From Candidatus Latescibacterota bacterium (GTDB lineage Bacteria > Latescibacterota > UBA2968 > UBA8231): a stretch of DNA of 64,000 nucleotides. The stretch's first letter is position 1. Each line of letters begins with the position of its first letter. The position numbers and the translations under genes are program-made. A model generated the notes under the pieces. It saw only the letters and a program-made list of their open reading frames with translations. It did not search any database and was not told the DNA's origin. This document shows, piece by piece, positions 19,334 to 28,251 of the stretch. Location: the NCBI GenBank assembly GCA_965242865.1, contig CBDETK010000013.1:4320001-4384000 (forward strand), in the 5' to 3' direction.

Positions 19334-20260
19334 CTAGTCGCTGAAGGTCGCTTTGATTTTTGCCCAGCTCTCGGATTCCACGGAGGTGCCCCCGCCGTCG
19401 GCGCGATCGTACTCGTCTGCGCCTAGCAGCGTGTATTCCGAGCAGACATCGCAGTTGCCCGAAGCACCGTCCTCGCCGGCGGTTGCCAACTGATGCGTGC
19501 GGCGGTCTTCGGGGTTATCCGCTTCGTTCAACTGGTAGGTCAGGCGGATGAGCTGCCCAGCCTCGTTTTCGTGGCGGATGCTGTTGTCCGGCCCGTCCAA
19601 CGACGCGTAATCCCAGAGGGGGATGCTGTATTCGTAGTTGACCGTGACGTTGGTCGAACCCGTGGTCGCTCCCGGAGGATTGGTCGTCACTCTGGACTCG
19701 GCAAATTCGTCCATCCAGTGGATTTCCTCGACGACCTGCCAGCGCAACCACCACGAGCCGTCGCCGCCATAAGGCGTTTCATAGATCCCGGGGACCGGCA
19801 AGTGCATGGTGAATTGCTGCCCCTCGGCGCGCGTGCCCGACTCGCCGTCGCCGTCGTGCGGACCGCCGCTGGCATTGGCGTCGGTGATGATCTCGAGATC
19901 GTCGTCGCGCCAGCCATCGTCAAATACGTCCGAAGTGACGACTAGGGTGTCGTCGGTGGCGCGGACAAATCCGTAGAGCTTGTTGTCGCGGTCCGTGCCC
20001 GTCCACGCCGTCATGATGGCCACGTCGAGATCGCTCTTGTCCAGCACTTCGGCCTTCTGGATTTCATACATCTCGTCGGGACCAACGGTGAAAATGTCGT
20101 CGAACCACGCCCAGTCGCTAGCGTCGCCATCAATGGTGATGGTGACGTCAGCAGGCACCTCCAAGGCGAAGTAGCCAATGCCGTTGGCATTGGACTGGCC
20201 CCAAGCGAAGCTAGCCAGTGACGCGGATAACATTGCGGCTATGAGTGCGTTCTTGCGCAT
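19334..20260 (-). CDS. Exported acidic CBM9/DOMON-like protein with C-terminal SVESESWAKIKATF motif
   Basis: Signal peptide (AWG|Q), AAGGAG RBS; ITIDGDASDW, W..DDLEIITD, YEYSIP pattern typical of CBM9-like domains. Confidence 0.75.
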   Translation of the reverse strand: MRKNALIAAMLSASLASFAWGQSNANGIGYFALEVPADVTITIDGDASDWAWFDDIFTVGPDEMYEIQKAEVLDKSDLDVAIMTAWTGTDRDNKLYGFVRATDDTLVVTSDVFDDGWRDDDLEIITDANASGGPHDGDGESGTRAEGQQFTMHLPVPGIYETPYGGDGSWWLRWQVVEEIHWMDEFAESRVTTNPPGATTGSTNVTVNYEYSIPLWDYASLDGPDNSIRHENEAGQLIRLTYQLNEADNPEDRRTHQLATAGEDGASGNCDVCSEYTLLGADEYDRADGGGTSVESESWAKIKATFSD

Positions 20261-20270
20261 GTTTTTCTCC

Positions 20271-20345
20271 TTATCGGATAGGATAGAGATATTGTGAGAG
20301 AATAGAGATGTTGCTCTTAGCTGCTGCTGCGAATGCTGTGTCCAT
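20271..20345 (-). CDS. Possible 24-aa leader/small peptide (MDTAFAAAAKSNISILSQYLYPIR)
   Basis: AAGGAGGT 2 nt before ATG; its TAA is part of the TAAGGAG RBS of the next gene. Confidence 0.3.
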   Translation of the reverse strand: MDTAFAAAAKSNISILSQYLYPIR

Positions 20346-20410
20346 TTACCTCCTTCCGCATTTTAGAGTAGAGGGGTCCGGGCTCGTCTATGCGTGGAAA
20401 CGCAGAGCCG

Positions 20411-22123
20411 CTACTTTTCCAAGTTAGACAGGGCCTGTTCGTCGATAACTATCTCAGCCCTGTATTTATGCCTCAGCTCAGCTAGGTATCTATCAAAGCC
20501 TTCTTCAACCGCGTGCCGATGGGCATAGCGCAATTGACGCCATATTCTAGACTGCACCTTGGGTGCAGAAAAAGAGAGGGTTTTTTCCGGGCGCATCGCC
20601 AGCACTTTGAGGACGAGGTAGCCCGTCGTATCGCCGCTCAACTGGATGGGGAGCGGCCCCTTGATGCCGCCAACCGACATGCCCCGCACGGCCTGGATCA
20701 TGGTCGCCATAGCGCCTTGGGCCGTTGCTGTGTCAGCAAGCGCGAAATTAAATATGTCGAACTGGCGTACGCGCCCGTTAAATGCCGGGTACTCGCGCAT
20801 GATCTCGGCCATATCCTCACCGGCGCGTACGCGCCGGGCAATGGCGTGTGAAGCCGTTTCCGAATCGACCAGTGCGCCAGCAAAGAATGTGTGCATCGGC
20901 AGCGTGAATTCGTCTGCTAAGTCCCGATATAGAGTGCGTAGCTGATCCTCGGTGACGAAGCGCGATTCTACTTCTGTTCGCCGTAGCAGCTCGGCCATGG
21001 CTTTTTCGCGCTTATCCCGCACGTACTCAACCATAGCCTGCTCGCGGTCCAACCCTCGTTGCCGGGCCAGCCGGGGCAGCAGGATGTTGCGCAGTGCTTC
21101 GTCTTGGGCAAATTCGACCACGGCGGTACTGTCTATGGCGTGGGGACGACGCCTCGGTTCGGCCTCCTCTACCAAAGCCATGTACGCGCTCAGGTCGATG
21201 CGCCCGCCACGGTAGCGCAGCAGGACGTGCGCGTGGTCTCCTGCTTCTAGCACCGGCACACCGTCTTCGGCCAATCGCCCCCGCTGTAGCAATACGCCCA
21301 ATACCTGTGTATCTACTGAAAAACCAAAGTGCGTTTTCTGGTCGGCTAAGTATTTGGCCCAGCGATCCTTTTTTTGCTGCTTTTTCAGCGTTTGGCGAAG
21401 CATCTTCTGTTGACGCTCAAAACGGACGGAGCGCTCTTCATCGGCCCTGATTAGGTGGTAGGTTCCCTGCGGGTTGAGGTACGGTTCGGACACTTGGCCG
21501 ACCTGCAGGCGAAAAAGCTCGGCGACAAACCCGCTGTGCTGTGCTTCTTCCTCCTGCCAGAACCCCATATCGCCACCTTTGGCCGCCGATGAGCGATCGA
21601 GGGACTGCTCGTGCGCCAGTACTGCAAAATCGGCCCCTTGCCGCAGCCGCGCTTGGATGGCCCGGGCTTCTTCGAGGCTGCCTACCTGAATGTGACTCGC
21701 CCGCAGCTCCCGCTTTTTGTGCAATCCGCTCTGGTGAAAATGCGACCAAAGCTCCTCTTCCGATATAGAGACATCGCCCGTGACTTCCCCGTACAAACGC
21801 TCAACGAGTCGCCGGTCGCGTGCCTGTTGTACGCGGGCGACTACGTCGGGATGCTGATCCAAGCCCTTTGCCCTAGCCTCTAAGACCAGCAGCTTGCGGT
21901 CGATAAAAGGCTGGAGCATTTCTCGCGCATTACCTGCTGCAAAACGACGCATAGTGCGCTCGGCGCGGAGCAAGTCATCTACCAAAATGACCTCGCTCCC
22001 GACTCTGGCCAGCACGGCTGAATTCACGGCCCATGAATCGACCGCCGTTAGCCCGACCATCGCCGTTACAGCGCAAACCAGCACTCCTTTTGTCGCCGCC
22101 AATCCAATGCTCATAAGCCGCAT
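20411..22123 (-). CDS. Parvulin-type peptidylprolyl isomerase (SurA/PrsA-like chaperone)
   Basis: ASHIQV, GADFAVLAHEQSLD..SAAKGGDMG, VSEP, YHLI; second degenerate rotamase domain; N-terminal signal. Confidence 0.85.
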   Translation of the reverse strand: MRLMSIGLAATKGVLVCAVTAMVGLTAVDSWAVNSAVLARVGSEVILVDDLLRAERTMRRFAAGNAREMLQPFIDRKLLVLEARAKGLDQHPDVVARVQQARDRRLVERLYGEVTGDVSISEEELWSHFHQSGLHKKRELRASHIQVGSLEEARAIQARLRQGADFAVLAHEQSLDRSSAAKGGDMGFWQEEEAQHSGFVAELFRLQVGQVSEPYLNPQGTYHLIRADEERSVRFERQQKMLRQTLKKQQKKDRWAKYLADQKTHFGFSVDTQVLGVLLQRGRLAEDGVPVLEAGDHAHVLLRYRGGRIDLSAYMALVEEAEPRRRPHAIDSTAVVEFAQDEALRNILLPRLARQRGLDREQAMVEYVRDKREKAMAELLRRTEVESRFVTEDQLRTLYRDLADEFTLPMHTFFAGALVDSETASHAIARRVRAGEDMAEIMREYPAFNGRVRQFDIFNFALADTATAQGAMATMIQAVRGMSVGGIKGPLPIQLSGDTTGYLVLKVLAMRPEKTLSFSAPKVQSRIWRQLRYAHRHAVEEGFDRYLAELRHKYRAEIVIDEQALSNLEK

Positions 22124-22186
22124 AGCCGTATTACAACCTTGGGAATGTCCGTCTCGTACAGGGTTTGTAGCATCGAAGATGAAAAG

Positions 22187-22214
22187 AGGGTATAAAAAAA
22201 AAGCCCTGTGTCAA
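22187..22214 (-). promoter_or_regulatory. Putative sigma70 promoter of the 6175-22123 cluster
   Basis: TTGACA-16 nt-TACCCT on the minus strand about 65 nt upstream of the PPIase start. Confidence 0.5.
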
Positions 22215-22248
22215 GCGGCGCTCTTCCACGTCGAGCTACCAATACGCC

Positions 22249-23817
22249 CTACGTGTGCGCTTGCTCTAGAGCGGCGTACTCGCCGATGCGCTCGTCGTAC
22301 GCGGCGACGGCCCTTGGCTCCGGCTCGATGGTTGATCCGGCGACCGGCTGGGCGAATGGCTCAACGACTTCCGCCCACGAAGGCGCGTGACCGGCGGCGG
22401 ATTGGTGGGCGTGGGCGGCGCGCAAGGCCGCGCCTAGGGCCGCCGAATTGGTCGTCTCAAAGCGGTGGACCGGGCAGTTGTGGACGTTGGCGAAGACGCG
22501 CAGAATTTCGGCGTTGGCCGACGCGCCGCCGGTGACGTAGAGCGAGGAAATTTCTACCCCCATCCAACGCGCGTGGATGCGCGAGGAAAAGGCTTGGGCT
22601 TCGATGACGGCGCGAACATTGGCCGGCGCGTCGGCCGGGTCGAGGTTTTGGCGCACGACGTTGGCTTGGGGGACTTTGGGGACGATTTCCGGCGCAAAGT
22701 AAGGCAGCATGAGCGCGCCGTTGTTGCCCGGGGGGGTGGCGCGTAGGGCGTGGGTGAACTGATCCCAGTTCAGGCCGAATTGGTCGCGCACGGCCTCGCG
22801 GGCCAAGCTGCCGTTGAGATAGCAAGTCAGGGCCATGTAGTGCGCGTCGTCGGGCGAGGCAAAGACCGCGCCCTCGCCAGCGGCGGAAGTGCGCGGCTGG
22901 TCTAGGCAGGCGAACAGGGTGTCCGAAGTGCCCAAGCTCAGGGCGACTTGCCCGGGGGCGACGAGCCCGAGGCCGATGAGGCTGCACGGATTGTCGCCCG
23001 AAAAGGGCAACGCGAGGCAGTCGTCGGCAAAGCCGTAGCGACCTACGTAATACGGACTGATGGGGCCGACGGGCTGGCCAGCGGGGGTGATGGGTAGGAG
23101 TTTGGCGGCTAAGCCGGGGGCGGTAGCGTCGAGTGCGCGTGGGCTCCACTGGCGCGTGGCAATGTCCATCAAGTTGGTGCCGCTGCCGTCGCCCGAATCA
23201 ACGCCGACGAGCCGTCCAGCGAGCAGGCTGGCGACGTAGGAGCTGACCAAGCCGATGTGCGTAGTGTTGGCGTACGCGGCGGGTTCGGTTTGGTAAAACT
23301 TGCGAATCTGCGGGCCGCTGAAGCGCTCAAAGGCCGGGTTGCCCGTGAGCGCGCGCAGGTTTTCGCGCCCGCCGACGCCCGCTTCGATCTCGGCGCATTG
23401 CGAGGCCGTGGAAGTGTCCATCCATACAGGGGCTGTCGGGCGGGCGAAGATGGCGGCGAGTTGGTTTTTGAGCGGCTGGCTGGGCGACAGACGCGCTAGG
23501 GCTGGGCGGGCGTTGGCGTTGAGATAGACGGTGCCGTGCTGCTGGCCGCTGCCGGCGACCGCCCGCACTGCGCTGAGGTCGTGGCCTTGGGCGGCGAGCG
23601 TTTGCAGGAGCAAGTCTAGTGCTTCGGCCCACATCAGGGGTGCGCTGTGGACCACGCCCGCGCCGAGGTCGAGGACGCCGTTGACGACCCCGTACGTGGC
23701 TTTGAAGTGCTCGTCGAAGTTGACGGACGCCTCCGCGACGATGGTGCGCTGGTCTGCGTCGATGAGCAGGCCGGTGATGGATTGAGTGCTAGCGTCGATG
23801 CCCAAATAGTTGCTCAT
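22249..23817 (-). CDS. xylB: Xylulokinase, FGGY family (eukaryote-type subfamily)
   Basis: LGIDASTQS, GSGQQHG, FERFSGPQIRK, LVSSYVAS, DGSGTNLMDI, GDNP, SLGTSDT, NGSLARE, VTGGAS; start ATG 23817. Confidence 0.82.
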   Translation of the reverse strand: MSNYLGIDASTQSITGLLIDADQRTIVAEASVNFDEHFKATYGVVNGVLDLGAGVVHSAPLMWAEALDLLLQTLAAQGHDLSAVRAVAGSGQQHGTVYLNANARPALARLSPSQPLKNQLAAIFARPTAPVWMDTSTASQCAEIEAGVGGRENLRALTGNPAFERFSGPQIRKFYQTEPAAYANTTHIGLVSSYVASLLAGRLVGVDSGDGSGTNLMDIATRQWSPRALDATAPGLAAKLLPITPAGQPVGPISPYYVGRYGFADDCLALPFSGDNPCSLIGLGLVAPGQVALSLGTSDTLFACLDQPRTSAAGEGAVFASPDDAHYMALTCYLNGSLAREAVRDQFGLNWDQFTHALRATPPGNNGALMLPYFAPEIVPKVPQANVVRQNLDPADAPANVRAVIEAQAFSSRIHARWMGVEISSLYVTGGASANAEILRVFANVHNCPVHRFETTNSAALGAALRAAHAHQSAAGHAPSWAEVVEPFAQPVAGSTIEPEPRAVAAYDERIGEYAALEQAHT

Positions 23818-23890
23818 AGGAGTGCCCCAACGTAGTTTTTGTGAGCTAATCACACTCAAATTAACAAACGCGCTGGGGAGAACAAAACCA

Positions 23891-25207
23891 ATGGAGGCAT
23901 TGGCGGTGCAGCCCGAAATCGCGGGGACGCTGGCAACGGTGGACCCGCAAGTCGAGGCCATCATTCGCGCTGAAAACAGACGTCAGCACAACAAAATTCG
24001 CCTAATCCCATCTGAAAATTACGCCAGTCAAGCCGTGCTTGAAGCGAGCGGTTCAATCCTGACGAATAAGTATTCCGAAGGGTACGCGGGTGCGCGCTAC
24101 TACGAGGGCCAGCGAGAAATCGACAAGATCGAGCGGCTTTGCATTGAGCGCGCCCAGGAGGTTTTTGGGGCCGAGCACGTCAATGTGCAGCCCTATTCGG
24201 GGTCGCCGGCCAATCAGGCCGTGTACGTCGGCCTCTGCCAGCCGGGCGATGCGGTCATGGGCTTGGCGCTGGCGCACGGAGGTCATCTGACGCACGGCGA
24301 CCGCGTTAGCATCTCGGGGATGCACTACAAGTCCGTGCAATACGGAGTGGACCGGGACACCGGCCAAATCGACTTCGACCAAGTCGAATCGCTGGCTAAA
24401 GAGCACCGGCCCAAGCTGATCTTCTGTGGGGGCACGGCCTATCCGCGCATCATTGACTTTGTGCGCTTTGCCGAGATCGGGCATTCGGTGGGGGCCATCG
24501 TGGTCGCCGACATCGCGCATATTGCTGGGTTGGTGGCCGCCGGAGTGCATCCCAGCCCGGTGCCGCACGTAGATGTGGTAACTACTACTACTCACAAGTC
24601 GCTGCGGGGGCCGCGCGGCGGCATGATCTTGTGCCGGGCGCAGTACGCGGAAGCCCTCGATAAAGCGGTGTTTCCCGGCTTGCAGGGCGGGCCGCACAAC
24701 AACACCACGGCGGCGATTGCCGTGGTGCTCAAGGAGGCGACGAGCGCGGAGTTTAAGCGGTATGCCCAGCAGACGGTCGCCAATGCCCAGACCTTGGCCG
24801 CCGCTCTGGCGGCGCGGGGGTTTGCCCTCAGCTCGGGCGGCACCGACAATCACCTGATCCTCATGGACATGACCCATAAAGGCGTTACGGGTTACGCGAT
24901 GGCCAAGGCACTGGACGCTTCGGGCATCGTCTGCAATTTCAACCGCGTGCCCTTTGATCTGCGCCCGGCGCGCAAGCCCAGCGGCATCCGCATCGGCACG
25001 CCGGCGATTACCAGCCGGGGCTTTGGCGCGGAGGAGATGGAGCAGTTGGCCGAGTGGATCGATCGGGTCGCCGAGGTCCGGTCCAATAGAGCACTGGAAC
25101 TCAATGACCGCAAAGCGGAGTACGCCGAGGTGGCGGCTGAGGTGCGGGCACTCTGCGCCCACTTCCCAGCCCCCGGCTTACTCTACGACCGCGGGGGACG
25201 GCCCTAG
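23891..25207 (+). CDS. glyA: Serine hydroxymethyltransferase
   Basis: LIPSENY, NKYSEGY, GGHLTHG, TTTTHKSLRGPRGG, FPGLQGGP, SGIRIGTPA; start 23891 or GTG 23906. Confidence 0.96.
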   Translation: MEALAVQPEIAGTLATVDPQVEAIIRAENRRQHNKIRLIPSENYASQAVLEASGSILTNKYSEGYAGARYYEGQREIDKIERLCIERAQEVFGAEHVNVQPYSGSPANQAVYVGLCQPGDAVMGLALAHGGHLTHGDRVSISGMHYKSVQYGVDRDTGQIDFDQVESLAKEHRPKLIFCGGTAYPRIIDFVRFAEIGHSVGAIVVADIAHIAGLVAAGVHPSPVPHVDVVTTTTHKSLRGPRGGMILCRAQYAEALDKAVFPGLQGGPHNNTTAAIAVVLKEATSAEFKRYAQQTVANAQTLAAALAARGFALSSGGTDNHLILMDMTHKGVTGYAMAKALDASGIVCNFNRVPFDLRPARKPSGIRIGTPAITSRGFGAEEMEQLAEWIDRVAEVRSNRALELNDRKAEYAEVAAEVRALCAHFPAPGLLYDRGGRP

Positions 25208-25209
25208 AG

Positions 25210-26409
25210 ATGAATATATACCAAGAACTAGGCGTCGAGCCGATTATCAACGCCGTAGGGCCGGCGACGCGATTGAGTGGATCCATTATGCGCCCGGAGG
25301 TGGCCGAGGCCATGCGGCAGGCTTCGGAGTGCTGCGTGGATATAGCGCAAATGCAGGCGCGGGCCGGGGAAGTGATCGCCGAGGTCACGGGTGCCGAGGC
25401 CGGGTATGTGACCAGTGGGGCCGCGGCGGGCTTGTTGCTGGGGACAGCCGCTTGCGTGACCGGATTGGATCCGGGAAAGATGAATCGCTTGCCGGATACG
25501 TCCGGGATGAAAAACGAAGTGATCATGGCGCGCAGCCACCGAAATTTCTACGACCACGCAGTGCGCTCGGTGGGGATCGAACTGGTGGAGGTGGGGATCG
25601 CCGACCGCTTTTCCGGGGCGGGTGTGCGCGATGCCGAAGGATGGGAGATCGAGGCGGCGATTGGCGAGCGGACGGCGGCCATCGTGTACGTGGCGTACGC
25701 GCACACGCAGCCAGCGCTGGAGGTGGTGGTGGCCGCGGCGCGCAAGGGTGGGGTGCCGGTGATCGTGGATGCGGCTGGGCAGTTGCCGCCGGCGAGCAAC
25801 TTGCAGCAGTTTATCGCGGCTGGGGCCGATCTGGTGGCCTTTAGCGGCGGCAAGGCACTCGGTGGGCCGCAGGCTTCGGGGATTTTGTGCGGTCGGCGGG
25901 AGTTGATCGCCGCGGCCGCGCTACAGCACCAAGACCTCGACGTGATGCCCGAGTTGTGGGACCCGCCGGCGAGCTTGATCGACAAGTCGCAGCTACCCGG
26001 TGCTCCGCAGCATGGCATTGGGCGGCCCTGCAAGGTCGGCAAGGAGGAGATCGCGGGATTGGTGAAGGCGCTGCGTCTTTTTGTGGCCGAAGACCCGGGG
26101 GCGCGGCGGCAGCGCTGGCAGGTGCTGATGGAGGAACTGGTCGCCGCGTGTGGTGCGTTGCGCTGTGCTGAGATCGCGGTGGCAGCCGACCGCAAGCGCA
26201 CCGAGATTCCGACTGCGCGGTTGGTGCTCGACGAGGAGGCCGCGGGCATGACGGCACTGGAACTGGTCAAAGCGCTACAGGAAGGCCAGCCCCAGATCGC
26301 TGCGAATCCAACAGATGTTTACGAAGGGGTCGTGATTTTTGGGCCGATGTGCCTCAAGGAGGGCGAGCCGGAGCAGATTGGGCGTCGGCTGCGGGAACTG
26401 CTCGGCTGA
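25210..26409 (+). CDS. SelA-like/DgaE family PLP-dependent enzyme
   Basis: IINAVG..T.LSGS, VTSGAAAG, VDAAG, FSGGKALGGPQASG, IGRPCKVGKEEI. Confidence 0.82.
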   Translation: MNIYQELGVEPIINAVGPATRLSGSIMRPEVAEAMRQASECCVDIAQMQARAGEVIAEVTGAEAGYVTSGAAAGLLLGTAACVTGLDPGKMNRLPDTSGMKNEVIMARSHRNFYDHAVRSVGIELVEVGIADRFSGAGVRDAEGWEIEAAIGERTAAIVYVAYAHTQPALEVVVAAARKGGVPVIVDAAGQLPPASNLQQFIAAGADLVAFSGGKALGGPQASGILCGRRELIAAAALQHQDLDVMPELWDPPASLIDKSQLPGAPQHGIGRPCKVGKEEIAGLVKALRLFVAEDPGARRQRWQVLMEELVAACGALRCAEIAVAADRKRTEIPTARLVLDEEAAGMTALELVKALQEGQPQIAANPTDVYEGVVIFGPMCLKEGEPEQIGRRLRELLG

Positions 26410-26579
26410 AACGGTGCTCTGAGCGCAAGCGAAAAGGCAGGAAAGCTGAACCGTTGACCGCGTTGGGTTAAGGCGATTTTAGACTGCGAGCAAGCAGTCG
26501 ATTTTTGTTGACGCGGCTCCATCTCGTCCTGTATGTTCATAAGAACACCCCCAAACCCCACGAAAGGAGAGCAGTGATT

Positions 26580-26918
26580 ATGGCTACTGTGCCCCCGACG
26601 ATTGAAGAGCGTCTAGCCCGGCTCGAAGGCGTGTACGATCACCTTGCATCCAAAGCAGACCTTGCTGAGTTGAGAGCGGTCTTAAAGGACGATATTGCAC
26701 GCTTACAGGCTGGTACTGCGCGGGTAGAGAGCGGCCTCAAGGAGGATATTGCGCGCTTGCAGGCCGAGATTACGCGGATTGAGAGCGGCCTCAAAGATGA
26801 TATTGCGCGCTTACAGGCCGAGATGGCCGAGCTCAAGGGGAGCGTCAAAATTCTGGTTGTAGTGATGACTTCCGGTTTAGCTCTGCTGAATATCGTTTTG
26901 CGGTTCTGGCCTTCGTAA
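26580..26918 (+). CDS. Small coiled-coil protein with C-terminal TM helix (DUF1640/CCDC90-like)
   Basis: AAGGAG RBS; LASKADL, 18-aa repeats, hydrophobic tail. Confidence 0.7.
   Translation: MATVPPTIEERLARLEGVYDHLASKADLAELRAVLKDDIARLQAGTARVESGLKEDIARLQAEITRIESGLKDDIARLQAEMAELKGSVKILVVVMTSGLALLNIVLRFWPS
26682..26822 (+). repeat. 54-bp coding tandem repeat (about 2.6 copies)
   Basis: Units start at 26682, 26736, 26790 and encode LK[DE]DIARLQA...ESG. Confidence 0.85.
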
Positions 26919-27038
26919 GCCCGCGCCTACGCTGAAAGCGTAATTCCACGACGTCGCCGCCGGCGATCTCCGCGGCAAAACGCCACTCCGACGACAGCCA
27001 AATCCGCGCTGCCTTCCTATTCATACACGTAAATACTA

Positions 27039-28034
27039 CTAAAACTTCGCCCCCCAGTAAGCGGCACCGAGCAGCGCGGTCTTGTCGTTGAGTACGACGT
27101 GGACGGGCATGGACGCGAGGGGCGTGCTCATGCGGCCCTTGTCCATAAAGCCCTCCATAAAGCGGCCGTCGCGCAACTTGGCGAGAATTTTGGGCGCGAT
27201 GCCCCCGCCGACGAAAACCCCCCCCGACGACATCAGCTTTAGTGCCAAGTTCCCCGCCTCGCGGCCATAGAGGAGCGCGAACAGATCGAGGGCCGTTACG
27301 GCCAGCGCAGAGTGGCCTTCGAGGCCGGCGCGTGCGATGGCGTCGGCGCGGTCAGGCGGTGTGGCCGCTGGGGCCAAAGAGGCGTCCGTGCGGTCGGGAT
27401 GCCGAGTACACAGAAAGTCGTAGATCGCGGCCAAGCCTTGGCCCGACAGCACCCGTTCCCAGCTAACGTGGCCGTAGTGCTCGTTGAGAAAACGCCAGAG
27501 CGCGACTTCGAGCGCGGAACTCGGCCCAAAGGTCGAGTGGCCGCCCTCGGAAGCAATGGCTGCGTAGCTCCCTGCGGCCCAGCACAAGCCGCCCTCGCCC
27601 AGCCCGGTGCCGGCGGCAATGACGGCGATGTTGCCCGTTGGGTCGCGCCGACCTTCGTTGAGCGGACACAGGTCGTCCGGCCCCAGTGCCAAGGTGCCGT
27701 AGGAAGTCGCTTGCAGGTCGTTGAGTAGATGAACGTCGGTCCCGTTGAGCACGGCCGAAATTTCGCTGGGGTCGATGAGCCAAGGCAGGTTGACGGCGCG
27801 GACGGGAAGCTGATGGACGGGGCCGGGCACGCCCAAGACCGTGCGGCTGGGCACGATTTGCGCCTCGTCGGCAAAGGCTTTGATCAGCGCCCCGGCACTG
27901 GGGTAGGACGCCGTTTGGTAGCGTCGCTCGACCAAGGGGTTGAAGCCTTGGGCGGCTGGGTCAAAGGCGGCGAGGTACGTTTTGGTGCCGCCGACATCAC
28001 CGGCGATAATCACAAGGAGCTCCACTTTCTCCAA
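27039..28034 (-). CDS. glk: Glucokinase
   Basis: GDVGGTKT, GVPGPV, NLPW, LNDL, GTGLGE, SEGGH, ERVLSG.GL, GGGIAPKI. Confidence 0.92.
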   Translation of the reverse strand: MEKVELLVIIAGDVGGTKTYLAAFDPAAQGFNPLVERRYQTASYPSAGALIKAFADEAQIVPSRTVLGVPGPVHQLPVRAVNLPWLIDPSEISAVLNGTDVHLLNDLQATSYGTLALGPDDLCPLNEGRRDPTGNIAVIAAGTGLGEGGLCWAAGSYAAIASEGGHSTFGPSSALEVALWRFLNEHYGHVSWERVLSGQGLAAIYDFLCTRHPDRTDASLAPAATPPDRADAIARAGLEGHSALAVTALDLFALLYGREAGNLALKLMSSGGVFVGGGIAPKILAKLRDGRFMEGFMDKGRMSTPLASMPVHVVLNDKTALLGAAYWGAKF

Positions 28035-28251
28035 GCCGCGCCGACCGGATAGAAGGGGACTGGGCTGCGTTCGTTGTTAGACAAATAAAAAAGGCCACAG
28101 CGTCCGCCATGGCCTCCCACACCGCCTCGTGTGAGTTGTCCAAATATACAAGCGTGGGCGCAAATCAACAAGCCGATTGCGCCGCTCAAGGCGTGGTGCG
28201 CGGACGCCCGGCCGTTGCTATATTACGCAGTTAGCTTTTGAGCGAGGAAAT

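Noticed and set aside
25210-26409. True selenocysteine synthase SelA
   Set aside because: Lacks the SelA N-terminal domain, has DgaE-like motifs, and no selB/selC is nearby
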